A stretch of 55,359 nt of DNA from positions 1 to 55,359 of the forward strand of contig CABYGA010000004.1 of assembly GCA_902518415.1 (NCBI GenBank). The letters run 5' to 3'. The position numbers and the translations under genes were made by a program. Source of the DNA: an uncultured Pelagibacteraceae bacterium (GTDB lineage Bacteria; Pseudomonadota; Alphaproteobacteria; Pelagibacterales; AG-422-B15). Positions 20,163 through 29,194 of the stretch are shown piece after piece. The notes beneath the pieces are model-generated. The model was not told where the DNA came from. It saw only the letters and a list, made by a program, of their open reading frames with translations, and ran no database searches. How positions within the stretch are numbered: the first letter of the stretch is position 1; every line of letters starts with the position of its first letter.

Positions 20163-20714
20163 TTAGTTTTTTTTCTTGACGACACCTACCATAGCAGGTC
20201 TTAAAAGCCTATCCCCTATACGGTATCCCTCTTGTACTACCTCAGTAATGATACCAGGCTGCTTATCAGGATTTTCTACTTCGAACATAGCTTGATGCAA
20301 GTTTGGATCAAAATTTTGGTCTAAAGAATTAATTTTTTCAATTTTGAACTTTTCAAAAACCGTTATTATTTGTTTTTCTGTTAATTCAATACCTTCAACA
20401 AACTGTGAAATATTTTGATCTGATTTTTTTAATTCATCTAGATCTATCGATTTTAATGCTCTCTCTAAATTATCCAATACAGACAAGATTTCTTTTGCGA
20501 AACTAGAAATAACATAGTTACTGAGATCCTCTTTTTCTCTGTCAAATCTTTTTCTTAGATTATCGTTATCTGCGAGAGATAGTAAAATTTGATTTTCTGC
20601 CTCTTTTAACTTTTCTTCGAGTTCTGAATGGTCAATATTTTCCTTTACCTGAACTTCTTCAATATTCTCTTCAGTTTTTTTTTCAGAAATATTCTTTTTT
20701 TTGTCTTTTGCCAT
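20163..20714 (-). CDS. grpE: Nucleotide exchange factor GrpE
   Basis: AD.DN.RKR, DNLERA, FDPN.HQAM, GY..GDRLLRPAMV. Confidence 0.98.
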   Translation of the reverse strand: MAKDKKKNISEKKTEENIEEVQVKENIDHSELEEKLKEAENQILLSLADNDNLRKRFDREKEDLSNYVISSFAKEILSVLDNLERALKSIDLDELKKSDQNISQFVEGIELTEKQIITVFEKFKIEKINSLDQNFDPNLHQAMFEVENPDKQPGIITEVVQEGYRIGDRLLRPAMVGVVKKKN

Positions 20715-20727
20715 ATCTTTTTTTGAA

Positions 20728-20756
20728 TATGTAATGATCTATATTATTTTCGTCAA
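20728..20756 (-). promoter_or_regulatory. Putative grpE promoter
   Basis: Minus strand TTGACG-N17-TACATA; sigma70 versus RpoH assignment ambiguous. Confidence 0.45.
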
Positions 20757-20781
20757 TACATAGTATAATGAATTTATTAAT

Positions 20782-21498
20782 ATGAGAAATACAAGAAAAA
20801 CTAGCGATCTTCGAAAATTTGAAATTATTCCGAATTTCTCCTCATATCCAGAAGGCTCTTGTATGATAAAATTTGGTGAAACTCACGTATTGTGTAACGC
20901 GTCTTTAGATCAAAATGTTCCAAGGTGGCTTAAAAATTCTCAGCAAGGCTGGGTAACTGCTGAATATGGAATGCTTCCTAGATCAACATCTGAAAGAATG
21001 TCCAGAGAAGCTGTCAGAGGCAAACAATCAGGAAGAACACAAGAAATACAACGTTTGATTGGCAGATCGTTGAGAGCGGTAACAGATCTTAGTTTGTTAA
21101 AAGATATGCAAATTTTAATTGATTGTGATGTAATTCAAGCTGATGGCGGAACACGAACCGCTTCAATATCAGGTGCGTTTGTAGCACTGCAGTTATGTAT
21201 CCAGAACATGATAGGGAAAAAGATTATAAAAACTAACCCAATAAAGGAAAATCTTGCGGCTATAAGCTGTGGTATAGTCGATAATGTTCCGTTGCTTGAT
21301 CTAGATTTTATTGAGGATCAAAATGCTGAGGTAGATGCTAATTTTGTCATTACAGAAACAAATAAAATAGTTGAGATACAAATGACATCTGAAAAAAAAC
21401 TTTGCACAGAAAATGAATTTAATTCCATGTTTGAATTGGCGAAATCAGGTATTAGTCAAATAATTCAATCCCAAAAAATACTTTTAGAAGGTAAATAA
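20782..21498 (+). CDS. rph: Ribonuclease PH
   Basis: GWVTAEYGMLPRST, GRTQEIQRLIGRSLR, ADGGTRTASI. Confidence 0.99.
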   Translation: MRNTRKTSDLRKFEIIPNFSSYPEGSCMIKFGETHVLCNASLDQNVPRWLKNSQQGWVTAEYGMLPRSTSERMSREAVRGKQSGRTQEIQRLIGRSLRAVTDLSLLKDMQILIDCDVIQADGGTRTASISGAFVALQLCIQNMIGKKIIKTNPIKENLAAISCGIVDNVPLLDLDFIEDQNAEVDANFVITETNKIVEIQMTSEKKLCTENEFNSMFELAKSGISQIIQSQKILLEGK

Positions 21499-21499
21499 T

Positions 21500-22105
21500 C
21501 TGTTAAAGGATATTGTAATAGCAAGTCATAATTCTGGAAAAGTATCGGAAATAAAATCTTTATTAAAACCGCTAGGTTATAATATTATTTCTGCCAAAAA
21601 ACTTAAAATCAATGAACCTATTGAAAATGGTCTTACATTTGAAGAAAACTCTCTTATCAAATCAAAAAATGCTGCATTAAAATCTAAATTGCCAGCTATA
21701 GCTGATGATAGTGGCCTTTGTATTTCATCATTAAATAATGAACCTGGTATTTATTCTGCGAGATGGGCGGGTAAGGAAAAAGATTTCAATATTGCTATAG
21801 AAAAAATAGAAAAGAAAATGGAAAAAAATAATTATTTTAATAAATCTAGCAGAAAAGCTTTTTTTTGTTGTGCTTTATCAATCTATTTTCCAAACAATGT
21901 AAGCAGAGTTTTTGAAGGTAAGATTTACGGACATGTTCAATTTCCTCCAAAAGGCAAGAATGGTTTTGGGTATGATCCAATTTTTGTTCCTAAAGGTTAT
22001 AAAAAAACATTTGGCGAAATGAATTTTAATTACAAAGAAAGAATAAGCCACAGAGCAATTGCATTTAAGAAGTTGTCAAATTTTTTATATAAAATAAAAA
22101 ATTAA
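21500..22105 (+). CDS. rdgB: dITP/XTP pyrophosphatase (probable CTG start; the ORF track truncates it to 21689)
   Basis: In-frame N-terminal IASHNSGKVSE and E...TFEEN...K lie upstream of 21689; ADDSG, PG.YSARW, FGYDPIF, ISHR. Confidence 0.95.
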   Translation: MLKDIVIASHNSGKVSEIKSLLKPLGYNIISAKKLKINEPIENGLTFEENSLIKSKNAALKSKLPAIADDSGLCISSLNNEPGIYSARWAGKEKDFNIAIEKIEKKMEKNNYFNKSSRKAFFCCALSIYFPNNVSRVFEGKIYGHVQFPPKGKNGFGYDPIFVPKGYKKTFGEMNFNYKERISHRAIAFKKLSNFLYKIKN

Positions 22106-23388
22106 TTTCTAATTACAAACTTACCACTGCCTACATGGAATATTAAAGGTCTACGTTCCACTCTTCCACTTTCATCAAAACGGAACCACCCATTTATACC
22201 TATATACCCTAAATTAGAGTGAAGAATTTCCTTAGTAATTTTCTTATGTTCTATATTCAAGCTGCTGATTAAACCTACTAAATCGTAAGCTAAAGGAGCT
22301 AATGCGTGAGGATTATTTTTGTAAATCTTTTTATATTCTTTTTTAAATTTTCTTTGGCCATTTAAGTCTAAGGACGAAAAATATGAATTCTTCATTGATG
22401 GCTCTTTAAGAATTAATTCTTTTCCCCAAATAGAATTTCCAATGAATTTTACTTTTTTAGGGTCAACATCATAATAAGGCAGTATTGAAATAAAATTTGT
22501 TAATTCGCTAAATGATCGAGCAATTATTATGATAGCTTCAAAATCTACCTCACCCAAAGTATCCTTATTTCTTAATAATTTTAATTCTTTTAACGAAGAC
22601 TCAGATTGCAATTCTTCTAGAAGCTTAACTCGATTATCCAAGTCTAATTTTCTTTCATCATAATTTGAAACTTCCCTCGCTATTTTATAATAGTCGGGAT
22701 CTTTAGTTGGATAAAAAATAAATTGTGAAGATGAATTATTATTTGTATTATGGAATTTATTAATTTCATCTTTTACTTTGTTTCCGTATTTATTATCAGG
22801 AACGATAACCACAAATTTATCAATTCCCCTATCAATTGAATATTCGTAGATTTTCTTTAATTCATCTTCAATAGTTAATCCAAAAACATAGACATCACGA
22901 TCACTTACATCAGAATTATTAGAAAATGTTATAATTGGAATATTTTGATCATCCAAGTATTCTTTAACTTTTAAAACTGTTTTGGTAAATATTGGCCCAA
23001 GAATCAAATCAACATCATTACTAATTAAGTATGATAGATTTTTATATAGTTGGTTTTCTTCTCCTGTATCGACTATGTAAAATTCTAAATTTTCGTTATT
23101 GGTTGCTTCTAATGCGAATTGCGCAGAATCGAGCAGAGATTTACCTATCTGATAAAATTCTCCAGACAAAGGTAAAAGTAAGCCTAGCCTGAAAATCTTA
23201 TCATCTTTTTCTATTAAATTGTTTATTTGAGCATTTGGATCTTCATCTTCTACTATAGTTTCTAGCAATTGTGTTTGATTGTATGTTAGTGTTTTCTTTG
23301 GAGTTAATTGGGTTGTTTCACAGCCATATAATAATAAACTTAAATAAAGAATTACTAAAATAAAAAACTTTTCTCTAAAATAAAACAT
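22102..23388 (-). CDS. LppC/LpoA-like lipoprotein (penicillin-binding protein activator family)
   Basis: Lipobox LYGC, GLLLPLSG, ILGPIF, LAYD, G..G.FRF; divergent from rsmI. Confidence 0.82.
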   Translation of the reverse strand: MFYFREKFFILVILYLSLLLYGCETTQLTPKKTLTYNQTQLLETIVEDEDPNAQINNLIEKDDKIFRLGLLLPLSGEFYQIGKSLLDSAQFALEATNNENLEFYIVDTGEENQLYKNLSYLISNDVDLILGPIFTKTVLKVKEYLDDQNIPIITFSNNSDVSDRDVYVFGLTIEDELKKIYEYSIDRGIDKFVVIVPDNKYGNKVKDEINKFHNTNNNSSSQFIFYPTKDPDYYKIAREVSNYDERKLDLDNRVKLLEELQSESSLKELKLLRNKDTLGEVDFEAIIIIARSFSELTNFISILPYYDVDPKKVKFIGNSIWGKELILKEPSMKNSYFSSLDLNGQRKFKKEYKKIYKNNPHALAPLAYDLVGLISSLNIEHKKITKEILHSNLGYIGINGWFRFDESGRVERRPLIFHVGSGKFVIRN

Positions 23389-24274
23389 GCAATCAAATTT
23401 AAATTTATCTTATATTACAAAGTTATTGGAACATGAGAAACCTCAAAGTGGTCTTTATATAGTTCCGACGCCAATAGGAAATTTATCTGATATTACGATA
23501 AGGTCATTAAAAATACTTTCTTCAGTCGACTTAATAATGAGTGAAGATACTAGAATTACAAAAAAACTTACATCGAAATATGGAATAAAATCTAAAATAC
23601 AGTCATTTCACAAATTTAATTCTAAAAATAAAATTCCTGGAATAATAAAAAAAATAAGTTCTAATTTTTCTATTGCTGTAACTACAGATTCTGGAACACC
23701 ACTTATTTCAGATCCTGGGGCTGACCTTGTGAAAGAATGCTTTGAAAACAATTTAAGTGTATTTTCTTTACCAGGTCCATCAGCACCAATAGCAAGCTTT
23801 GTTCTAGCAACTTTTCAAGCAGAAAATTTTACCTTCAGAGGTTTTTTTCCAAGAGAAAAAAAGAAAATAGAAAGTCAATTAGCAAGATTTAATGGAAGTG
23901 ATTGTCCAGAAATATATTTTGAGTCACCTAAGAGAATTATTAAAACATTAAATGCAATATTAGAACTAAGTGGTGATTGCAAAATAACATTTGTTAGGGA
24001 GTTAACAAAAAAACATGAGGAAATTATCAATACTAATATCTCTGACCTTTTAGAGAAAATAAGTTTGAAAGAAAAAATATTAGGAGAGATAACATTTATT
24101 ATTGAACCAATAATGAGCAAAATTACCAAACTTCCTGAAGAAGAAATTATTAAATTTGGTAATAGTTTACTAAATAAAGGTATGAATATCTCTGAGGTAT
24201 CGCGTCTTATGTCAAAAGATTTGAGTATATCTAAAAGGGATATTTATCAGCTATTAATAAAAAATAGGAAATAA
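23387..24274 (+). CDS. rsmI: 16S rRNA C1402 2'-O-methyltransferase
   Basis: TPIGNL.DIT.R, EDTR, D.GTP.ISDPG, FESP.R, RELTK.HEE. Confidence 0.97.
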   Translation: MQSNLNLSYITKLLEHEKPQSGLYIVPTPIGNLSDITIRSLKILSSVDLIMSEDTRITKKLTSKYGIKSKIQSFHKFNSKNKIPGIIKKISSNFSIAVTTDSGTPLISDPGADLVKECFENNLSVFSLPGPSAPIASFVLATFQAENFTFRGFFPREKKKIESQLARFNGSDCPEIYFESPKRIIKTLNAILELSGDCKITFVRELTKKHEEIINTNISDLLEKISLKEKILGEITFIIEPIMSKITKLPEEEIIKFGNSLLNKGMNISEVSRLMSKDLSISKRDIYQLLIKNRK

Positions 24275-24296
24275 TATAAAATTAATATAATTTTGA

Positions 24297-24887
24297 ATGA
24301 TGGCGCTTAACAAACTAACAATATTATCAATTTCTCTGTTATTTGTGTTGATACTAACAAATTGTTCTGTACCTGTAGCAACAGGAGTGGCTACAAAAGC
24401 GGCAACAGTTTCAAATTCGGACCGAAGCATTGGAGAGTATGTCGATGATGTACTGATAAAAGCTATTCTAAAAAACTCTTATTTTGATCAAAGTGAAAAA
24501 ATATTTTTTAATGTTGATGTAGAGGTTTCTCAAGGGAGAGTATTATTAACCGGGACCGTTGATAATATAGATCTAAGAATAGAGGCTACTCGAATTGCAT
24601 GGGGAGTGAAGGGAGTTCAAACTGTAATTAACGAAATTCAAATAAGTGAAAGCGATAACATATTAAATTTTGCAGATGATTTAGTTATTAGTACAAAAGT
24701 TTACGCAAAATTAATGCTTGATGAAGAAGTGAATTCTTTAAATTATAATATCGAAACTGTTAATAAAGTTGTTTACATAATTGGAATCTCAAACTCAAGT
24801 GATGAAAAGAAAAAAGCTATAGATCTTACTAAAGAGGTATTTGGAGTTGAGGAAGTAGTTGAATATATAACCATAAAATCTAAATAG
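24297..24887 (+). CDS. Dual-BON-domain lipoprotein (DolP/YraP-like)
   Basis: Lipobox LTNC, RS.G..VDD, GRVLLTG, two BON repeats. Confidence 0.88.
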   Translation: MMALNKLTILSISLLFVLILTNCSVPVATGVATKAATVSNSDRSIGEYVDDVLIKAILKNSYFDQSEKIFFNVDVEVSQGRVLLTGTVDNIDLRIEATRIAWGVKGVQTVINEIQISESDNILNFADDLVISTKVYAKLMLDEEVNSLNYNIETVNKVVYIIGISNSSDEKKKAIDLTKEVFGVEEVVEYITIKSK

Positions 24888-24898
24888 GAGTTAGATTT

Positions 24899-25825
24899 AT
24901 GAAATTTGGCTTTCAAATAGATCCTGTGCATACACTCAATCATGATACTGACAGTACTTTGCCAATGATATTGGAGTCACAAAAAAGAAAAAATAGAAAT
25001 TTTATTTTCTCTCCAAGTTCTCTCACATTCAAAAAAAATACTGTATATGCTTTAGTAAAAGAAATTAAATTCAAGAATAACAAATTAAACAGTTATATTA
25101 TAAGTAGCGAAAAAATATTAAATTTAAATTCGTTAAATTGTATTTTTATACGTCAAGACCCGCCTTATAATATGGAATATATATCATCAATGCATTTACT
25201 GGAGCAATTGAATCTAAAAACAAAAGTAATTAATAGTCCAGCAGGCATACGAAATGCTCCAGAAAAAATACTAATGTTGAAATTTAAAGATATCATTCCT
25301 CCAACGTTAATAACTAGATCTAGAAAAGAAATAGATCTTTTTATGAGCAGCTTTAAGAGATCTGTTATCAAGCCTCTTTACGGCAACGGAGGAAAGGGGA
25401 TTTTTTTATTAGATAAGAAGGATAAAAATTATAATCAAATCATCGAGAAGTTTATAGATGAAGATAGTGTCCCTTTCATAGTACAAAAGTTTCTGCCAGA
25501 AATAATAAAGGGTGATAAAAGAATAATACTTATTAACGGTGAGCCTGTTGCAGCATTAAAAAGAATTCCTAAAACAAATGAGTTTAGATCAAACATTCAC
25601 GTTGGGGGAAATACTAAGGCAGTAAAACTCTCGAAAAATGACAGAAAAATATGCAGTATTATCAAAGAAACTTTAATAAACGAAAAGCTGTTCTTCGCTG
25701 GTATTGATGTAATAGGAAATTATCTTACAGAAATAAATGTTACTTCACCAACTTGTATTCAAGAAATTAAAAAACTTCATAAGATTGATGTCGCAAAGAT
25801 AATCTTTGATAAATTAGATGAATAG
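24899..25825 (+). CDS. gshB: Glutathione synthetase
   Basis: RQDPP, RNAPEK, KPL.GNGG, GDKRI, RSN.HVGG, EINVTSPT. Confidence 0.98.
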   Translation: MKFGFQIDPVHTLNHDTDSTLPMILESQKRKNRNFIFSPSSLTFKKNTVYALVKEIKFKNNKLNSYIISSEKILNLNSLNCIFIRQDPPYNMEYISSMHLLEQLNLKTKVINSPAGIRNAPEKILMLKFKDIIPPTLITRSRKEIDLFMSSFKRSVIKPLYGNGGKGIFLLDKKDKNYNQIIEKFIDEDSVPFIVQKFLPEIIKGDKRIILINGEPVAALKRIPKTNEFRSNIHVGGNTKAVKLSKNDRKICSIIKETLINEKLFFAGIDVIGNYLTEINVTSPTCIQEIKKLHKIDVAKIIFDKLDE

Positions 25826-25843
25826 TTATTATTTGAATATTGT

Positions 25844-26806
25844 ATGAGTATTAGGGCAAGAATATTAAATTATGCATTAAAAAAATATGTAAAGAAAGTT
25901 CAACCTCCAGTTGAAGATCGCTCTTATCTAGAAGCAAGAAAAATGATGAATCAAAAGGGCTATGAGGATACAAATAGTTCAATTGTAAATACTAGTTTGC
26001 AAAAATTTATATTTAATAAAAAAATCTCAAAAATTCAAACAAATGAGATTTATTTAGAAAATATTAGAACACTTTCTTTTGATCATGAAGAATTGAGTAA
26101 AGACAAGTGTATACTTTACTTCCACGGAGGTGGATATATTGCTGGCTCTCCTGAAACCCATCAAAATCTTTTATCAAGTATAGCTGAAAAATCTAATTTA
26201 AAAGTTTATGCAATTGATTATTCTCTTGCCCCTGAGAACCCTTTTCCGGCTGCACTTAATGATGCCGTTGAAAGTTATAAAAGTTTATTAAGAATGGGCT
26301 ATAAGAGTAAAAATATATTCATAGGAGGTGACTCTGCGGGGGGCAATTTATCAATTGTAACTATATTAAAACTTCAAGAAATTAATGAACACTTGCCATC
26401 AAAAGTTTTTCTGCTTTCCCCGTGGGCTGACTTAACGGGAGAAGGCAGTAGTATTAGAGAGAATTCATTGTCGGATCCTTATTTGTCTTACGATGATTGG
26501 CTTAATACTGCTAAATCAATGAAAAAAACTGTTGAAGAGTGGTATGCTCCAAACCAGGACTGTAGGAATCCAATGATATCACCTATATTTGCAAATTTTA
26601 AAAATTTTCCTCGAACACTTATCCAGGTAAGTAATATTGAAATATTATTCAGTGACTCAATCACAATCTCAAACAATCTTAAGAATAACAATAATGGAGT
26701 GAAGTTGAGTATTTATAAAAATTTACCTCATGTTTGGCAAATCTTTGGATTTTTACCAGAGTCAAAAAAAGCAATTAATGAAATTTCAAATTTTTTAAAA
26801 GACTAA
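25844..26806 (+). CDS. HSL-family alpha/beta hydrolase (esterase/lipase)
   Basis: HGGG oxyanion motif, LAPE.PFPA, GDSAGG nucleophile, SPW.DL, PHVW. Confidence 0.92.
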   Translation: MSIRARILNYALKKYVKKVQPPVEDRSYLEARKMMNQKGYEDTNSSIVNTSLQKFIFNKKISKIQTNEIYLENIRTLSFDHEELSKDKCILYFHGGGYIAGSPETHQNLLSSIAEKSNLKVYAIDYSLAPENPFPAALNDAVESYKSLLRMGYKSKNIFIGGDSAGGNLSIVTILKLQEINEHLPSKVFLLSPWADLTGEGSSIRENSLSDPYLSYDDWLNTAKSMKKTVEEWYAPNQDCRNPMISPIFANFKNFPRTLIQVSNIEILFSDSITISNNLKNNNNGVKLSIYKNLPHVWQIFGFLPESKKAINEISNFLKD

Positions 26807-29088
26807 TTCTTAAAAGCTGCAAGTGCAGCGAGATTAACAATATCAGAAACATTCGCACCTAAAGGAGCTATTTGAATACTCTCTTTAAACCCCACAAGAT
26901 AGGGACCAACCAGATTTCCTCCACCTAATTCTTGTAACATTTTAGTAGAAATACTAGCGCTGTGAATTGCTGGCATAATCAAAAGATTAGCAGGACCAGA
27001 AAGTTTACAAAATGGATACAAGTTCATCAAATTTTTATTCAAAGCAGTATTTGCTCCCATTTCACCGTCATATTCAAAATCAAGTTTTCTTTCATCGAGT
27101 ATTTTGATGGCATCCCTCATATAAACTGAGCGCTCAGTATACGGTGTACCAAAATTTGAATAAGAAACTAAAGCCGCTCTCGGTTCAATTCCAAATATTT
27201 CTTTTACAACTTCCGCACTTTCCTGCGTTATATTTGCAAGCTGTGCAGCGTTGGGCATGTCATGAACATTTGAATCTGCAACAAATATTGTTCTTCCGTT
27301 GCACAACATAACAGTCATTCCCAAAATTGTTTTATTAGGAATAGGATCTAATACATATTCTATGCTTTCTAGAGAAGCAGCAAAACTTCTTGTTAGACCG
27401 CAAACCATCGCATCAGCTTCATTAAGTGATACCATACAGGCAGCAAATACATTTCTTTCTTTGGTAAGAAGATTAAGGCAATCTTTTCTTAAAAAACCCT
27501 TTCTTTGAAGCCTGTTATAAATATGTTCAGCGTACCTATCGTGCTCTGCTTTATTTCTAGTACTATGAATTTCTATCTTATCAAAGAAATCAAGTCCCAT
27601 TTCTTTCATTTTATTTTTAATTATTTCATCTCTACCAATTAGTATTGGTGTTCCCATTCCATTATTAAGGAATATTACAGCCGCTCGAATCATGTCCTCT
27701 TCCTCGCCTTCAGTGAAGATAACGCGTTTTGGGTTTTCTTTTACTTCTTGAAATATTTTTTGTAACAATCCAGCTGAGGGATTAAGTCTCGCTGATAACT
27801 CATTAGAATACCTGTCCATATCCACAATTGCTTTGCGCGCAACTCCAGTATCCATAGCAGCTTTGGCAACTGCAGGTGGAACTTTGCTAATAAGTCGAGG
27901 ATCAAACGGAGAAGGTATTATATAATCAGGTCCATACTGTGGGCGCTTCCCGGGATAAGCGTTTGCAACTTCGTCAGGTACATCCTCTTTTGCTAAGTCA
28001 GCTATTGCTTTTGCAGCAGCTATCTTCATTTCTAAATTAATTGTTGTAGCTCTAACATCTAACGCCCCTCTAAATATGTATGGAAATCCTAAAACATTAT
28101 TTACCTGATTAGGATAGTCGGATCTTCCTGTTGCAATTATTGCATCAGATCTACATTCTTTTACATCTTCGGGAGTAATTTCAGGTTCAGGGTTTGCCAT
28201 AGCAAAAATAATCGGGTTATCAGCCATTGATAAGGCCATTTTTTGACTGATTATATTCCCAACTGATAAACCAAAAAAAATATCTGCACCAACCAGCGCA
28301 TCCTCTAATGTCCTACAATCAGTTTTTATTGCATGAGCAGATTTCCACTGGTTCATGTTTTCTTTTCTTTCAGAGTGAATAACGCCCTTTGTATCGCAAA
28401 GTATTGCATTATTGTTAGGCATTCCCATTGCTTTGAGAAGCTCTAAACATGCTATGCCAGCTGCACCTGCACCGTTAACAACAATTTTTGCATTACTTAT
28501 TTTTTTCCCACTAAGATCCAATGCATTTAGAAGGGCAGCTGTAGATATTATAGCAGTTCCATGCTGGTCATCATGAAATATTGGGATGTCCATTAGCTCT
28601 CTTAATGTGTCTTCAATGATGAAACACTCAGGTGCTTTGATATCTTCTAAATTTATTCCTCCAAAAGATGGGCCTAAATATTTAACAGAATTAATAAACT
28701 CGTCAGCATTCTCTGTATCAATTTCAAGATCAATTGAGTCAATGTCAGAAAACCTTTTAAACAAAACAGATTTACCTTCCATCACTGGTTTTGAGGCATG
28801 TGCGCCTAAATTACCAAGACCAAGTATAGCGGTTCCATTTGATACTACGGCAACTATATTGCCCTTACTCGTATAGTCATAGACTGCACTGGTGTCCTCT
28901 GCAATCGCATTAACTGGTGCCGCAACTCCAGGTGAATAAGCTAGAGACAAGTCCCTTTGTGTCTCAAGTGGTTTGGTTGCTTTAATTTCAATCTTTCCTG
29001 GCTTTCCCTGCGCATGAAAAACTAAAGCTTCCTTCTCACTAAAATGCTCAGCTCTATCCTTTTTCTTCATAAATCCCTTTTTGGCCAT
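26803..29088 (-). CDS. maeB: NADP-dependent malic enzyme with C-terminal PTA-like domain
   Basis: LAYSPGVA, INLEDI, HDDQHGTA, GAGAAG, DGEM; true start may be ATG 29070 (AAGGGA upstream). Confidence 0.98.
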   Translation of the reverse strand: MAKKGFMKKKDRAEHFSEKEALVFHAQGKPGKIEIKATKPLETQRDLSLAYSPGVAAPVNAIAEDTSAVYDYTSKGNIVAVVSNGTAILGLGNLGAHASKPVMEGKSVLFKRFSDIDSIDLEIDTENADEFINSVKYLGPSFGGINLEDIKAPECFIIEDTLRELMDIPIFHDDQHGTAIISTAALLNALDLSGKKISNAKIVVNGAGAAGIACLELLKAMGMPNNNAILCDTKGVIHSERKENMNQWKSAHAIKTDCRTLEDALVGADIFFGLSVGNIISQKMALSMADNPIIFAMANPEPEITPEDVKECRSDAIIATGRSDYPNQVNNVLGFPYIFRGALDVRATTINLEMKIAAAKAIADLAKEDVPDEVANAYPGKRPQYGPDYIIPSPFDPRLISKVPPAVAKAAMDTGVARKAIVDMDRYSNELSARLNPSAGLLQKIFQEVKENPKRVIFTEGEEEDMIRAAVIFLNNGMGTPILIGRDEIIKNKMKEMGLDFFDKIEIHSTRNKAEHDRYAEHIYNRLQRKGFLRKDCLNLLTKERNVFAACMVSLNEADAMVCGLTRSFAASLESIEYVLDPIPNKTILGMTVMLCNGRTIFVADSNVHDMPNAAQLANITQESAEVVKEIFGIEPRAALVSYSNFGTPYTERSVYMRDAIKILDERKLDFEYDGEMGANTALNKNLMNLYPFCKLSGPANLLIMPAIHSASISTKMLQELGGGNLVGPYLVGFKESIQIAPLGANVSDIVNLAALAAFKN

Positions 29089-29194
29089 TTATATAGGTTT
29101 TTATCTCCGTTTCAAATTCAAAAACTATAAAATGGGAATGTATACTTAATTTTGACGATATTTAGATGAAAATAGATTAATAAACAACAATTAT

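Noticed and set aside
21689-22105. rdgB as a truncated pseudogene
   Set aside because: The frame is open back to 21488 and carries the conserved N-terminal motifs; a start-codon artefact explains the truncation.
29091-29116. Possible RpoH promoter for maeB (TTTGAA-N13-CCTATAT, minus strand)
   Set aside because: The spacer is shorter than at the other three sites, and it reads equally well as sigma70 TTGAAA-N16-TATAAA.
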